From NCBI GenBank assembly GCA_043228905.1, contig JBHGNT010000009.1, positions 248,001-312,000 on the forward strand: a stretch of 64,000 nt of DNA, written 5' to 3'. The position numbers were made by a program, and so were the translations under genes. The DNA comes from Azolla caroliniana (lineage: Eukaryota > Plantae > Polypodiophyta). Every line of letters starts with the position of its first letter. Position 1 is the stretch's first letter. Shown here piece after piece: positions 37,431 through 50,199 of this stretch. The notes below the pieces were generated by a model. That model had not been told where the DNA came from. It made no database searches and was given only the letters and a program-made list of their open reading frames with translations.

Positions 37431-40400
37431 AAAGGGGGGAATTACACGAGCCCTACCCACGAAGGGTTCTAGGTCTTCTCTCACGGAATTGTCGTACTTA
37501 AGTAACAAGCACGCACGTTTACACAACAACATTCCATGTGAACTTCGGTTAAGGATATAGACAATGTTGTTAATTAACTCAACATAGAAGGACACGTGGT
37601 GTTCCATTCCTTTGGGTATAATCAATCCATATCCTTCACCATGTTTTTACTCCAAGGGTATGTATAGATTTTCATCAGTTCTTGCAAATCCATTTAATTC
37701 CAATAGTAACTAATTCTTGAGGAAGCGTCCGTCGTTATTACCTCTCAAATACATACATATAACCTTGAACTAGTTCAAATTTGTCCTAGTCATCGTATGA
37801 CATGTTTGACTTTTCCAAGAGTATTATTTTTCTCAATGAAAAATACCTACATAATCCTACTCTTAGTCATATGAATCGTGAAGAAAATTGTGATTATAGT
37901 AGATGGATAAAACATTCGAGATATTCTCATGTGCTTTGAAACAACCAAATATATATATAACAATGGCTTGAAATGCAACAATCACCTTAGCCCCATTCAA
38001 CTAGTGTGTCATTGTAGATGTATATGCTTACTAACTCTACTAGCTTTATTCACTACACAACTATGCCCCATCCTCTTGACAATATGCATGTGGTTTGTTG
38101 GTGCATAAAACTCCACTTCGACTCACTATGTTACTATAAATCTTTGACAGTTTAATTTGGATGATTTTTACTCATGTTAAGCTAGACTTAGAAGCTTTTG
38201 TGTATCTTATTACATTTGAAATGTGATGAGTTTTTTAATATGTGAACTTTGATATATAATTTGGATGAGCTCACCATTAATGTGAGCTTTTAATATGCTA
38301 AGTTTAATATATAATTTTCGTTATTATCATTTGGATGAGCTCGTTAATACAAAACTAGCCATGAACATTGGGGACACTACACACCTAAGAATGGAATTTG
38401 GATGTTATACAATGTGAAGTTTTAGTTTAACATCATGGATGGGTCATATGTTTATCATCCACATATTATGTATACGTTAGTCAAGTTCAAGGGTCATGGA
38501 GAAGGAAAATCAAACTTTATATATCTCATCAATGTGTTAAAAGGTCGCCATCAGAGAGACCAGCTCACCATTCAATTAAGAAGCTCACATAACACTTACT
38601 CACCTAAAGAAATTCCCCTCAAGATTTTAGGTAAGATGTGCTCACCTTCACTAAATATTTTAATATGTAGATATTTGAGCACCCTTTATGTCTTTTTCGC
38701 TCGAAATTTTATCACACGAAAAGTGTGTGTCATTTAATAGTGTGAACCCTTCTCTATTGCTTCTTCGAAACATTCTTTTATCATAGAAATTATATAGTAA
38801 AATGCATCCAATTTAATGTTGGATTGTTCTTCGCCAATAGTTTCCAAAGCAATATTCATTTGTCTCATATGGGTATCAATCTTAATCTCCATTGAACATA
38901 ACATTTTCATTTGCCAAGTACATGTAATAGCTATTGAGCAATGGGACAAAGGCCCAAACATCGTGTAAGTGTCACCATACTACTACATCGAGCATGAACC
39001 ATATAAGATTAGCTTATGGTTACTCATAACTTATTTGCATAAATTATTATTGATAATTTTTCCATTTGTTTGTTTGTTTAGTTTGAATCCAATGGCTAGA
39101 AAACAAGATACAAAACCTAGAGCCGACAAGATCTCCAAAATGAAAACAATAACTATCGTGAACAATTTTGATTTTGGCCATACTTTGTTTTGTTTGACTA
39201 AGTATTGAGTGCTCAACACTTCGCATGGAAATTATTGGGCAAAACGAATATTGCAAACAACGTTAAGTATGTGTACACTTTGTTTTGTTTGTCTAAAAAC
39301 AGTAGTTCAGTAATGTAAAGTTATTGTCAGAAGAAATATTATGAACAACGTTGAATACATGCTTGCTTTGGTTTATTTGACATAGGATTTGTCTGCACTA
39401 GTTTTGTCACGAAAAAGATGGGCCAAAAAATGGCTAGCTTTAACAACATTGGGTATGTGTTGTGTTTGTTGTGTTTGTTGGTTTTGTTTGACTACAAATT
39501 ATGTGCCTTTAGTCTAGCTTGCCTTCTATCTAAGTTTTTGGAAGAAAAGCAATGTTAAGAACTAGTGTTCATATTAACTTGATCAAACTAGACCATTCAA
39601 ACGAATATGTTGAATGAGTGGGAAACAAATTTCAATTGTCTTAGATTTAATCCAAAATGAAGACATAATCAGGATAAACACCGAAAGTTCAAAGTCGAGT
39701 CAAGATTGTGAAGTTTTAGAATTGAAAGTCTAATGGATACCATCGTTTTGAAATTTGAACATTTTGTTTTGAAAGAGTATTTTTAAGTTATCATTACATG
39801 ATTAGTGGAATTTGACACGTTTGGAAATTGTCATCTTGAACCATTTTATATGAGCCACATATGACCAATTCGTACGTTGAGACACGTATTATTTTATATC
39901 TTGCTCTAATTACATCTAACATCTTTTCTTGGTTACAACTATGAATATTATTTGATATCCCTTTAACTAATCGAGGCATGTCTTCATATCCAGTACTACA
40001 TGTAGAATATAATGTGCAATTCTTCTTTTGAGTGTCTTGGTTTGAGTTGTTATTGCACTCTAGATTTTGCAATGTTGTAATATTTTGTAGTTAAATGCAT
40101 TAAGGGTTGAGTATAAGTGCATCAAGAGAATGTTTCAACGTTGATTATTTGTAAAGAATATTGCAAATTAATAATCTTTAGCTTTGAACGTAAGTTTGAG
40201 AACACATTTGGGAAGGTCGTGTCATCTCATTACGGTGGAACCAACTCAAGTTTAGAAGGAGCAAGTTTATAGCTTATGTTATAACATGCTTCTAAGCCAA
40301 AATTTTCTCATGGGATTTACATTCCATACCATTTTCGAGTAACTTAGCATACCCTTGCTGTAATGGTTTTTCAGTCAAGAGCTTATTATATCTTGTATAT

Positions 40401-41391
40401 TCATAGAATATACACTAGTATGTATTAAAAAAACATCAACAATTGACATTATTGCTAAGCTACAAATATAGAAATAGAAAAATGGTTTCGACATAGGGCA
40501 CGTATTTGACACATAGAAATCATGCATTTGGAAGTGCTACAAACATAGTAAAGAGAAAATGGTGTCGACATGGGCACGTATTTGACATACTTTAGGAAGC
40601 ATACATTACGAAGTTATGCAAATAAATAAACAATTTGATAGATTTGTCTCACAATGTAAGAGTTTTGTTAACCAATCTTCAAATTGTATTTTATTGAATT
40701 GATATAATTATGGCAACTAATGATGACATTTCCATGAAGTTGATTGGCTCAATGGCTAGTGCAATTTCTCAAGGGTTACTATATTGAAACCCTCTAATCG
40801 TGATTTCAACATATATTTTGAAATCTCCCCCGTTATGTGGGTTCTCTAGGAATCAAGTACATATTCTATTTTTCATTCAATTTATAAGCACCTACCTATC
40901 TAGCACTCGTGAGTATTTTAGTTTGGTACGGTTAACTTGTTTATGTGTGGGGGTCTTGGTTGGTACAAGATTTCCATTATAGAAATGATAGAGGAATAGA
41001 AAGAGAATAGTGAACAATTATTGCACATGATTTTGAGGACTTGAATTGCTCCATTGATGCCACGCATACGTGATCTACATATAACTCAAATTAGGAATGT
41101 ATAGGAGAAATAGAATATTCAACTTAAATCTAATATAACTAGAGTGCTAAGGTCTAGATCCTTGCATATTACTCCAACGAAGAAATGGAAACTCCACAAT
41201 TATATTGACATTAAGATACAAATGTATCACAATAAAGCAAAAAATGCCTAAGAACATTCATAGAAACCTAGAACTAGATAATTGTCTAAACCTCGAAACA
41301 TGCATTATTTTTGCTTCCATAAATTGACTATAATTGATAATCTAACACATCTACCTCTATGCATTTGCATTGTATCAATCAATAATACGTA

Positions 41392-42172
41392 CTAGAGAAG
41401 CATGCGTTTCACACAATTAGAGTTCTCAAGAAGTTAATGTGGAATAGTCAAGAGAAATTGTTTCTCTACAATCTTGCCTCAAAGTTAGCTACTTTTTTGA
41501 AGCCAAGTAGATGTGGAATGGTTTTATTTTCAACCCTCCAACTCTAGAAAAGCCATTAGGGAACCCATATTGTGAGAGACAATAGTTTTTCAAACTGGAA
41601 ATATAAACTTTTTTAAAATCGACTTTAAATGAAATTGTTGATTCCTTGACGCTTGAACTTGCACCTACATGTTACAAAGAAAAAGCTTTACCACAACACA
41701 CCAACTTTAACATTTTAGATTAAGGATTGTGACAAGTTGTTGTTTCCGTAACACTTGAACTTGCATCATGAAGTTACAAAGAAAGAGCTTTAGCATGATA
41801 CAACGATCTTCAATATTTTTTTTATTAAGGAATGCGATCTGAGAAGTTGACAAATTGATAGCCAATAAATCCTTGTATCGAAATGGCGGAATGTTCCATA
41901 TCGTTCATTCCAATTTCCAATAGTTGTAACTTGTTTAAAGCACACAAAGAAGAAGAAAAACTTTATCTTCTCAATATCTCACGCCACTTGTATAAATTTT
42001 CATATGTTACTTCATTTTTGTATAGATAACTTTATCTTTGTTATCTTTTCTAAATGAAGGGTACTTCCATCAAAAGATTGTGAAAATGAAGGGCAGATTC
42101 TATAGTAACAGATGGAAAAAAAAACGAATGGCATATTGAAGTTGGAGACCCGTCAAACTGAATATATATAGA
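41392..42172 (-). mobile_element. Probable non-autonomous Helitron
   Basis: On the minus strand it begins A|TCTATATATATT and ends GTGTGAAACGCAT (weak hairpin)-GCTTCT-CTAG|T. No TSD. Two internal related units at about 41649-41705 and 41751-41805. Confidence 0.45.
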
Positions 42173-42710
42173 TAGACGTGAAGGGTAAATGTGACTATCA
42201 AAGTACAGCCCTAGTGGTGATCAATTGTTCTTTGTACTCTTTCAATGAACAAATATCAGTCAATGTGTTTCACTCTGTCTTTAAAAAGAAAGAGCAAATA
42301 CAAATACCGAGATGGGCCAATACGATCATCTTGGACTTACATGTTGACGAAAGAGATCCTTGGCCAATTAACAAGGATATAAAGTTGTAAGGAACTTTTC
42401 TATATAATTGGTGAACCACATAACAAATGAGGGTATACATAATAACACACACATGTGTGTGTATGTGTGTGTGTGTATTAGTATTAGTGTTGCCATGGTG
42501 ACATGGACTTGTGGTAAGTCAAGTAGTAACAATGAGAATGTATATACATATATGATATATGTAATGGTAACCACTAGCGTTTGTGTATAAATGAACTGGG
42601 ACATACACACACACACACACACACACACACTAGCAGTACACATGTGCTTTTTTTTTGGGGGGGGGGGGGCATATGATACTATAGTCCATGCCCATATTTA
42701 GTACTTATCA

Positions 42711-45065
42711 TCATAACATGGTTAAATTGAGGGCTTGTAGGAAGTGAGCCCGGAAGTGCGGGAGCGGCGTCCGAGTCGGGCTCATCGGATGCCACGGATG
42801 GATGCACATGCGATTCTCCATGTCATAGAACCACATTCCGTTCGCCACGAATCGCTTCATCTTGTTCCCCTTGCCTTGTATGTAGTTGTTGTGAAGTATG
42901 ACACACCCTTTGAGCTTGCATGAGGCCGACACGTCCGATGCATCCCAATGCCCGAACACGTGGCCATTCGGGTATTCCTCATGGCTCAGGAACATCGTCC
43001 GCACGCCATCGTCTCCGAGGCTACATTGCCTCTCGCCCACCCTCTTCTCACCATTGACCCCACACAAGACATCATAGAAGCTGGGTTGCTCGGTCATATC
43101 CGTCCCCATGGCGTGCCCCACGATCGCGCGGAACGCGCGAATCGTCCTCTCGTCCGACCTCGCCAGGTAGAAACCCGAATTTGCGCCACGAATGCTGTTC
43201 TCCGGCTTCCGTTCGTCTGGCTCGTCGCTCTGGATCGGCAATGTGCCGGCCCCGAATGCGCGCAGTTGGGGCAAGGGATTCTTGAACCAGAAGATGTCCA
43301 TGTCACCCCAGAGCACCGAGTATCCCTTGCGGAGCACCCTCAATACGGAGCTCGACTTGAGCTTCGAGACCTGCTTAAAGCATTCAGACGCGAATATGCA
43401 TTGGCCATCAGCCCCGATGACGGGGCGGACATCCTCCGACGAGCTTTCCAAGTAAACCGCCAAGCCTTGCAAGTAGGCGAATTCGAAGAGCTCTTCGTCG
43501 AAAGCGACCACGAGGACCGACTTCACGCCCAAGCTCTGAACCCGGCATATGTAGCTAAGCAGCATCTCTTTGTAGTTGGAGGTGCCGCCAACCATGACTA
43601 CCACTTTGTTGCTGTCAGCCACTTGGGGCAAGAGCTCATCGAGGCTGTGCGGGATCCCCGGACCCATCTTCTTCCATGGATGGAGGGCTGATGAAAGGAA
43701 TCGAGCTCCCGCATGTACCTCCTCATTGGCCTCCCTCAAAGTAGTCTTCTTCTTCTTCTTCTTCTTCTTCTTCTTCTTTCCTTCTGGTTGTTCCACCATG
43801 CAAAGATTGTGGAGTGTCGGCTCCGCGCATCGTATCAGTTTCCAAGGGGCGACAGATCTCTTCTCGGCAGATGTCGCGGAGAGCTTGGCATTGATATAAA
43901 GCTCCCACAAGTTGCTCTTACTGTTGGAGGAAGAGTATCTATAGTCGGCGGAACTACTCGTATGGCTCTCGGCAATCTCGGGCGGTGGCCGGCCCTCGCT
44001 GGCATCGACCACGACCCTCGCGCCCGACTCGAGCAGATGCTCTATGATCCAATGCTCGTAGGTACCCCCGACATGCGAGAAAGGAGGCATGGGGGTACTA
44101 GTACTACTGAAGAGTGGTACATCCTTCGTCCTGTCATTGTCATCATTCCATGCCCAGTATTCCACCTCCTCTGAATCCTCTGAATCCTCTGAATCCTCCT
44201 CCTCCTTACCATCATCATGTGTACCACCACCACTATTAATCGGTCTTCTGCTAAACAAGACCCAGTGTTGATGCATGAGACGGGTCTTATGCACTCCGTC
44301 TAAGAAGGCTTGGCTGACTAGGAAGCCAGGATCCATGACAAGCACTGAGATGTGTGTGTGATACGATGATGGCGATGGCGATGATGATGGTGATGGCGAT
44401 GGTGATTGTTGAGATGATGATGATGATGATGCCCTTGCGAACATGCTGTGCACCTGTGGGGTCCCTCTAAAATTGTGGTCGATATTGGTCTCAACAGTCA
44501 CTCTGGTGTCATTGATATATACATCAGAGAGGAGAGTATCCCTCCCCATCAACAAAACCACGTTGGCAGAGGGGATCAAGCCTAGCCATGACCCAACATG
44601 AGCTTGGACGATGTTTCTGTCTTCGCCTGTCTCATCGCCGTCACTGTCACTAGAGTTTCTATTGCTGTGCTTCAACATCCATGGCGTTGCGGGCACCGCT
44701 ATAAAGATTGTGAACCGAATATGATCATCTTGCTTGTTCATACGATCTGATAATGATGGAGATGCTGATGGAGCCGTAATGGTGCGATCAGAGGAGAAGC
44801 CATTGGGAGGATCGATCTTAAGGCTGAACAGTGCTACGCTTACAAGGGTAACAGATCCCACGATGAATAAAAGAAGCGGAGGCAACGGCGTAAAGAGGGG
44901 ATGCATAGCTATGGTGTTGGGATCGAGGAGGGATCTATCATCTGATGATGATGATGATGATGATGATGAATTATGCTGAATTATGATGAGCAAAATACAG
45001 TCTGAGAGACAGAGAGATTTATGACTTAATTTAGAGACAGGGAAGGGAGTAATCAAAAAGCTCAT
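42711..45065 (-). CDS. Nucleotide-diphospho-sugar transferase (GT77), RAY1-like beta-arabinofuranosyltransferase; intronless
   Basis: 784-aa ORF; the true start may be the Met at 44906, just before the TM segment LLLFIVGSVTLVSVALF. DxD motif WGDMDIFWFKNP, plus NSGFY, EQPSFYDVLCG and ILHNNYI. N-terminal domain matches my recollection of RAY1. Confidence 0.85.
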   Translation of the reverse strand: MSFLITPFPVSKLSHKSLCLSDCILLIIIQHNSSSSSSSSSDDRSLLDPNTIAMHPLFTPLPPLLLFIVGSVTLVSVALFSLKIDPPNGFSSDRTITAPSASPSLSDRMNKQDDHIRFTIFIAVPATPWMLKHSNRNSSDSDGDETGEDRNIVQAHVGSWLGLIPSANVVLLMGRDTLLSDVYINDTRVTVETNIDHNFRGTPQVHSMFARASSSSSSQQSPSPSPSSSPSPSSYHTHISVLVMDPGFLVSQAFLDGVHKTRLMHQHWVLFSRRPINSGGGTHDDGKEEEDSEDSEDSEEVEYWAWNDDNDRTKDVPLFSSTSTPMPPFSHVGGTYEHWIIEHLLESGARVVVDASEGRPPPEIAESHTSSSADYRYSSSNSKSNLWELYINAKLSATSAEKRSVAPWKLIRCAEPTLHNLCMVEQPEGKKKKKKKKKKKTTLREANEEVHAGARFLSSALHPWKKMGPGIPHSLDELLPQVADSNKVVVMVGGTSNYKEMLLSYICRVQSLGVKSVLVVAFDEELFEFAYLQGLAVYLESSSEDVRPVIGADGQCIFASECFKQVSKLKSSSVLRVLRKGYSVLWGDMDIFWFKNPLPQLRAFGAGTLPIQSDEPDERKPENSIRGANSGFYLARSDERTIRAFRAIVGHAMGTDMTEQPSFYDVLCGVNGEKRVGERQCSLGDDGVRTMFLSHEEYPNGHVFGHWDASDVSASCKLKGCVILHNNYIQGKGNKMKRFVANGMWFYDMENRMCIHPWHPMSPTRTPLPHFRAHFLQALNLTML

Positions 45066-45259
45066 ATAATCATTCCATTGATATATTATGCATATGTATG
45101 TATGTAAACCGGTTTCTTCACGCAGTGAATCAAGACGATGACGATGACGATGACGATGAGAGAAGAAGAGAAGAACAGAAGAGAAGAGACAAGGGAGGGG
45201 AAACGTTTAGGACTAGAATTAGCGACAGAAAGTAAGCAAAAAGCCTATCGTAACTGCGT

Positions 45260-45457
45260 TAAGATATGTATGTATGTAGTGTGTGTATGTACGTATATGC
45301 ATATGCATATGTTTTAGTATATGTATGTATGTATGTATGTATATGTGTGTGTGTATGTATGTATGTACATATACATACATATGTATATGCATGTATGTAT
45401 GTATGTATGTATGTATGTATGTATGTATATGTGTGTATGTACGTATGTATGTATGTG
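45260..45457. repeat. (TATG)n/(TG)n compound microsatellite upstream of the GT77 gene
   Basis: Read directly. Confidence 0.95.
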
Positions 45458-48295
45458 TAAAAGCGTTTATTTGAACTATGAATGAATGAAGACATGCATG
45501 CATGAACGATGATGGATTAGGGCACGTGAAGAAGAAGGAGACGAACGTTCCCCCTATCTCTACCTCTTGCTCATCTCATTGGAAGCAAGGAAAAATCCCA
45601 TATGTCCACTTTAATCATATGCCTTTTATATTTCATTTTGCCCCACCTCTCCCCCCGGCCCCCCTTGCCATGAGATGTCCCGATTTCAGTACCTGTCTCA
45701 TGATGCATTGAGAATCTCCGCTCACTTTGATACCCTTTCCCGGCATTGTTGGGCAATTGCCAACCATTGCTAGTCAAGTCTTATGTTCATATTGATTGGC
45801 AAATCAAAATTGGCTTCCAAAGTCATAACCTTTCTATGCCTTTCCCTCCCGTAGATCTCATGGTAATTTCCATGGCAATACCTTTCCGCTTCCACATGTT
45901 AAGAACTCGTGATGTAAATGTACATTCACACTTTAAAGCATGCCTTCTCCTTCTTTTTCATCTCTACTTCAAAGCATCTGTAAAAAGCATAGGCTCTGTG
46001 GTTGGGCCCTTCACCTAAATTGCCTTGAGTGAATGGCTTGCTTGCGTAAATAAATAGTCTTTAAGTTCTAAGACATATTTGTGTGTGCACAACATCCTTG
46101 TGAATGCTATCGTTTTTTAGCCACATGGTGATCGCTTCTGTTAAAGTAAACCCCAAACATTACAATATAGACACAAAATCTTCGCTTTTTGGAGAATTTA
46201 AAAGCATGGTGAATAAGTAAAAAAGTGTGATTGCAAGTAGAATCATCCTCTAGTTCGAGCTACATTATCGGCAAGGGAGGGGTTCAATCAAAGTGTCTCT
46301 ATTGTGGTAATTGCATACAATGTAATTTGTTGAAATTGTCTTATGTTGCAATAGTAACATCCCATATTTGTTAACGTATATCTTGTGTGAGTTCCCCCAT
46401 TTATGTCAATTTTGTGCTACATCAAAGACTCCAAGTACATCAACTACCATGAGGTATCCAGTTTAATATGTTACCTCAAAATGTATGTTGAAACAAGGAA
46501 CATATATGAGGGATCATGATATTAGATTATCATTGCATCACAATATTTTATCGAGTCTTCGTATACTGTAGAAAGTTAAGGTTCAAGTTGTTTGATGAGC
46601 ACCCAAGGAGTGAAAAAACAGTTCAATACTCACAATGATAATGTTGGGGCCTACCAAAGGATGACAATTTTAACTATATAGGTGGGAGGTTCCCTAAAAG
46701 GTGATGGAGAAACGAGATGGAACATTGTGGTTCCCCCACAAAATGTAGGTAGGTAATTAAAAGTAATTGTAGACATCTTGCATGTTATTTCGTGAACATC
46801 GTGTTGTCTTTCTATTTAAAAACCTTTTTGTCTCTTATTATATCAACCAAACCACTATAGATGTACGCGTATCGACACATCAGATCTTTACCCCTTTTCT
46901 AGTAAAAATATAAATCTAAATTGCACCAAGGTTTTACAACAAAAGTAAATGTATTTAGCATATGGTCATGTGTTTAAGCACAAATATAATCCATCTATTT
47001 TGTTAAGTATTTTTAGAGATTCCTAGACTATTGCCTCCTCATTTTCAATGAAAAAACCTGCAACTCTTCAGAAAGCAAAATGCAAACCTTGTGGATGTTT
47101 CATATGTATAGAATGTCAAAGGATTCATCTATCGTGATTTGTGAGATAGACATTCATGGCAAAGGTTTCTTTAAAAATTCCCTTACATTTTCTTTTGTCA
47201 TCTCAGAAAATTGTTATTGATCATAGTTTAAAGGAAGTGTAAGTAGGTTATGATCTTGATCCACACAATTAAGCAATAATGCTGTGGGCATGTCCTCATT
47301 GTTCTAATATGATGGACATAGCCACATGCATGCCTTTACAAACATAGAGACCTTCGTTAATGTTTAGAAAGCATGCCATCAACAAGTCTAATGTACTATT
47401 CCTGATGATGCAAATCCACATTTTGCTTTATTCATACCTAAGTATTTTTAATGTACAACATACTAGATAAACCGAATGTAGTATAACTCACCAAAGAGTT
47501 TAATAAAAAGTCATGCGTTCTTATTTATATATATGTAGTCAAGTTGAATTGCGATAATGAAAACTCATTTGAACAGTTGTAGTGTAAAAACTTAACACAT
47601 ACTCAATTATGTGCGAATACATCATCCTACTCATGTATGCTATAAAGGTGTGATATTGTAAAGAAAAATCAATATCATTAAGAGCTCTGAGCTTTTTCAA
47701 ATTAGATTTCTTGTGGTGCACATGGAAATATAGTGTTGGATTTCATGGGGATGTCTTGTTATACTATTGTTGAAGGTCGTGCAAAATATGTTGGTCGAGT
47801 GTTGCCCCTTATAAAGTTGTTGAGATGATGCAACCAAGGGTTAGTTAGCACAGTGTGTGCCCACAACCCTATATATTTGTTATTATGCAAAAGCTCAATA
47901 TTCACACATGCACAATTAACCTTATCATATAATATGCTAATTGTATTTCCTAGTCATTATAATGATATTATTAAGACTTTATCTCATGCAACTCAACTAG
48001 TACAATTTTGTAAGACAACTATTCACCTCACAAACACCCAAAATAATATTCTTAGCATTCATGGATACCTTTTGTTTGCAATCCAATTCTTAAGCATCTT
48101 TTGTTTTCTTTATATATATATACACATATGCAAGATATTTGCTCAAACATCCTAAATGACTTCATAAGCATCTTATAGGCCGAGTTATAATGTTGTTTAA
48201 AGTTTTTCACCTTAACCAAATAACTTCTTGACATTGTCTCTAAATGCATAGATTCAAACATTAGGGGAGCTTGGTAAATGTATAGAAAGATTGGT

Positions 48296-48720
48296 TTAAT
48301 CTTATTTCTACGCTACGAGGTAAGTTTGATAGCCTTCAAGGGCCCTCTAATGCGAGTGAAGAAGCTAGGTACCGCTTCCTTCTAAAATGGAGAGGTTCCC
48401 CGATGTTACAGATGGTGGATGGCAATGCAAAGTGGATATATCAGCCTCCCCAATGGTTGTTCCCTCCTAGGGTACCAAACATAGAGGTAGGTGCTGAATT
48501 GTGACGTGATTGGCGGGTGTCTTTGCTAAATGTGGGTGTGTGAGGCTCATGTTGATGGCGTATGTCGAGTAATTATGTGATGAGGCTTAGTTGCTTCATT
48601 TATACATGATGTTTTGTTGTAGCCATTGCAAAGTGGCTTGTAACATATGAGTTGTATATATATTCCATGTACGTTTTCTTAACTAATGGAAGTAGAATTT
48701 TTTTGGAAAAAAATAAAAAA
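48296..48720 (+). mobile_element. 5'-truncated L1 3' end (about 425 bp) with TSD
   Basis: TSD AATGTATAGAAAGATTGGT at 48277-48295 and 48721-48739, A-tail. Its 3' 200 bp match 5925-6125. Confidence 0.85.
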
Positions 48721-49141
48721 AATGTATAGAAAGATTGGTGTAACAAATAATAACAATTTATTAATATTTTATGGTGCACATCATTTAGGGGTTACAAAAC
48801 CTCGTATTATCTCATCATGTGGTATTGAAATAGTTTTCTATTTACTTAGTATAGTGATGCTTAAAATGCCATTTGGTTCCTTTTTCCAATTTCCATTGCT
48901 ATGCTTAAAAATATGTATGTTTGGTTACTTTCCCCATTGTACAAGGGAAGACAATGTATCGTTGTGCTCGGGATGTAACCTTGATAATACTGGTCATCCA
49001 TACATGCCCACCATGAAAATAGAAATCCGTGAAATAAAGAAATCTTTAAAAGCTTAAATTAAAACTTAAAGGACCATTTAATATATAAGGGGGGTGTTGC
49101 AACCTTTTAGGTGAATGCAAAAGCTCTCACAGATAAAAAAA

Positions 49142-50038
49142 GGGAAAAGTACCAAGATACCCTTGGAAGTTTATCTATTTACCAGAATGCCCCTAGAAGT
49201 TCCAAATTTACCAAACTACCCCTATGTCCAAAAAATGCACTTTATAAAGTAATTATAGACTCAAATCTACAAGCCCTATTTACCAAAATACCCTTCAAAC
49301 ACAAATTTCTTTACTTAAGAGTTGATGAAATGAGGGTAGCTAGGCCTCATATTTATTGCAAGACCCAAGGCCCCTATGCAAGTTCACACTTAGCTTAATG
49401 GGTTGTCTCAATCCCGAGGATTAAAAGTAATCCTCCCCTTCTTTACACTCTCGTTTAACCCTCACACTTATCCACGTGTATAGAATACTACGGTAAATTC
49501 TCACCACGGGATATTATATGGTCATGCCCGTAACAACTTTGGTGGAGGGAAGGCAGTTTGACTCTTTGAAGGAGCTTCGACAAGCTGTGAGAGACGATGC
49601 AATTAGCTCTCATGTTAATTTTTATCCATCTACAAAATGTGTAATTCCAAAAATATCCACAAAATCAAATATATCTATTGACTCAACAAAGTATCTAATA
49701 ATGCACAATCATCACTAAATTGGGGCCCTACAACTAGGAGCATTGTGTCCTTTCCCACGACAGCTTCCACAACGATGTTCCACAACGACGATTGATCAAC
49801 CCAATGAACAAGAAAGAAAAGAAAGACTACAATGTTAACTACAATGGACCCAAAGAATCGCTTAAGTAAAGAAATTTGTGTTTGAAGGGTATTCTGGTAA
49901 ATAGGGCTCGTAGATTTGAGTGTATAATTACTTTATAAAGTGTATTTTTTTGGACATAGGGTAGTTTGGTAAATTTGGAACTTCTAGGGGCATTCTGGTA
50001 AATAGACGAACTTCTAGGGGTATCTTGGTACTTTTCCC
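49142..50038 (+). mobile_element. Non-autonomous Mutator-like element (MULE) with 178-bp TIRs
   Basis: TIRs 49142-49319 and 49861-50038 (GGGAAAAGTACCAAGATACC...). Internal fragment LVEGRQFDSLKELRQAVRDDAISSHVNF resembles the MuDR N-terminus. A-rich imperfect TSD TAAAAAAA/TAAAAGAA. Confidence 0.8.
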
Positions 50039-50199
50039 TAAAAGAAACCATTTATTATTATTATTTTAAAAAATAAGGAGCAATCCAATGATAGTTGTGG
50101 TTCAATGTTTAATTTAACTATGAACAACATTCACAAAAAATGTGTTTTAAGACTAATGTTTGTCACTATTGTTTTATGTTTGGAATTATTTCAATGATG

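Noticed and set aside
45219-45503. His/Thr/Tyr/Ile-rich and Met/Tyr/Val/Cys-rich ORFs
   Set aside because: Translations of the (TATG)n microsatellite.
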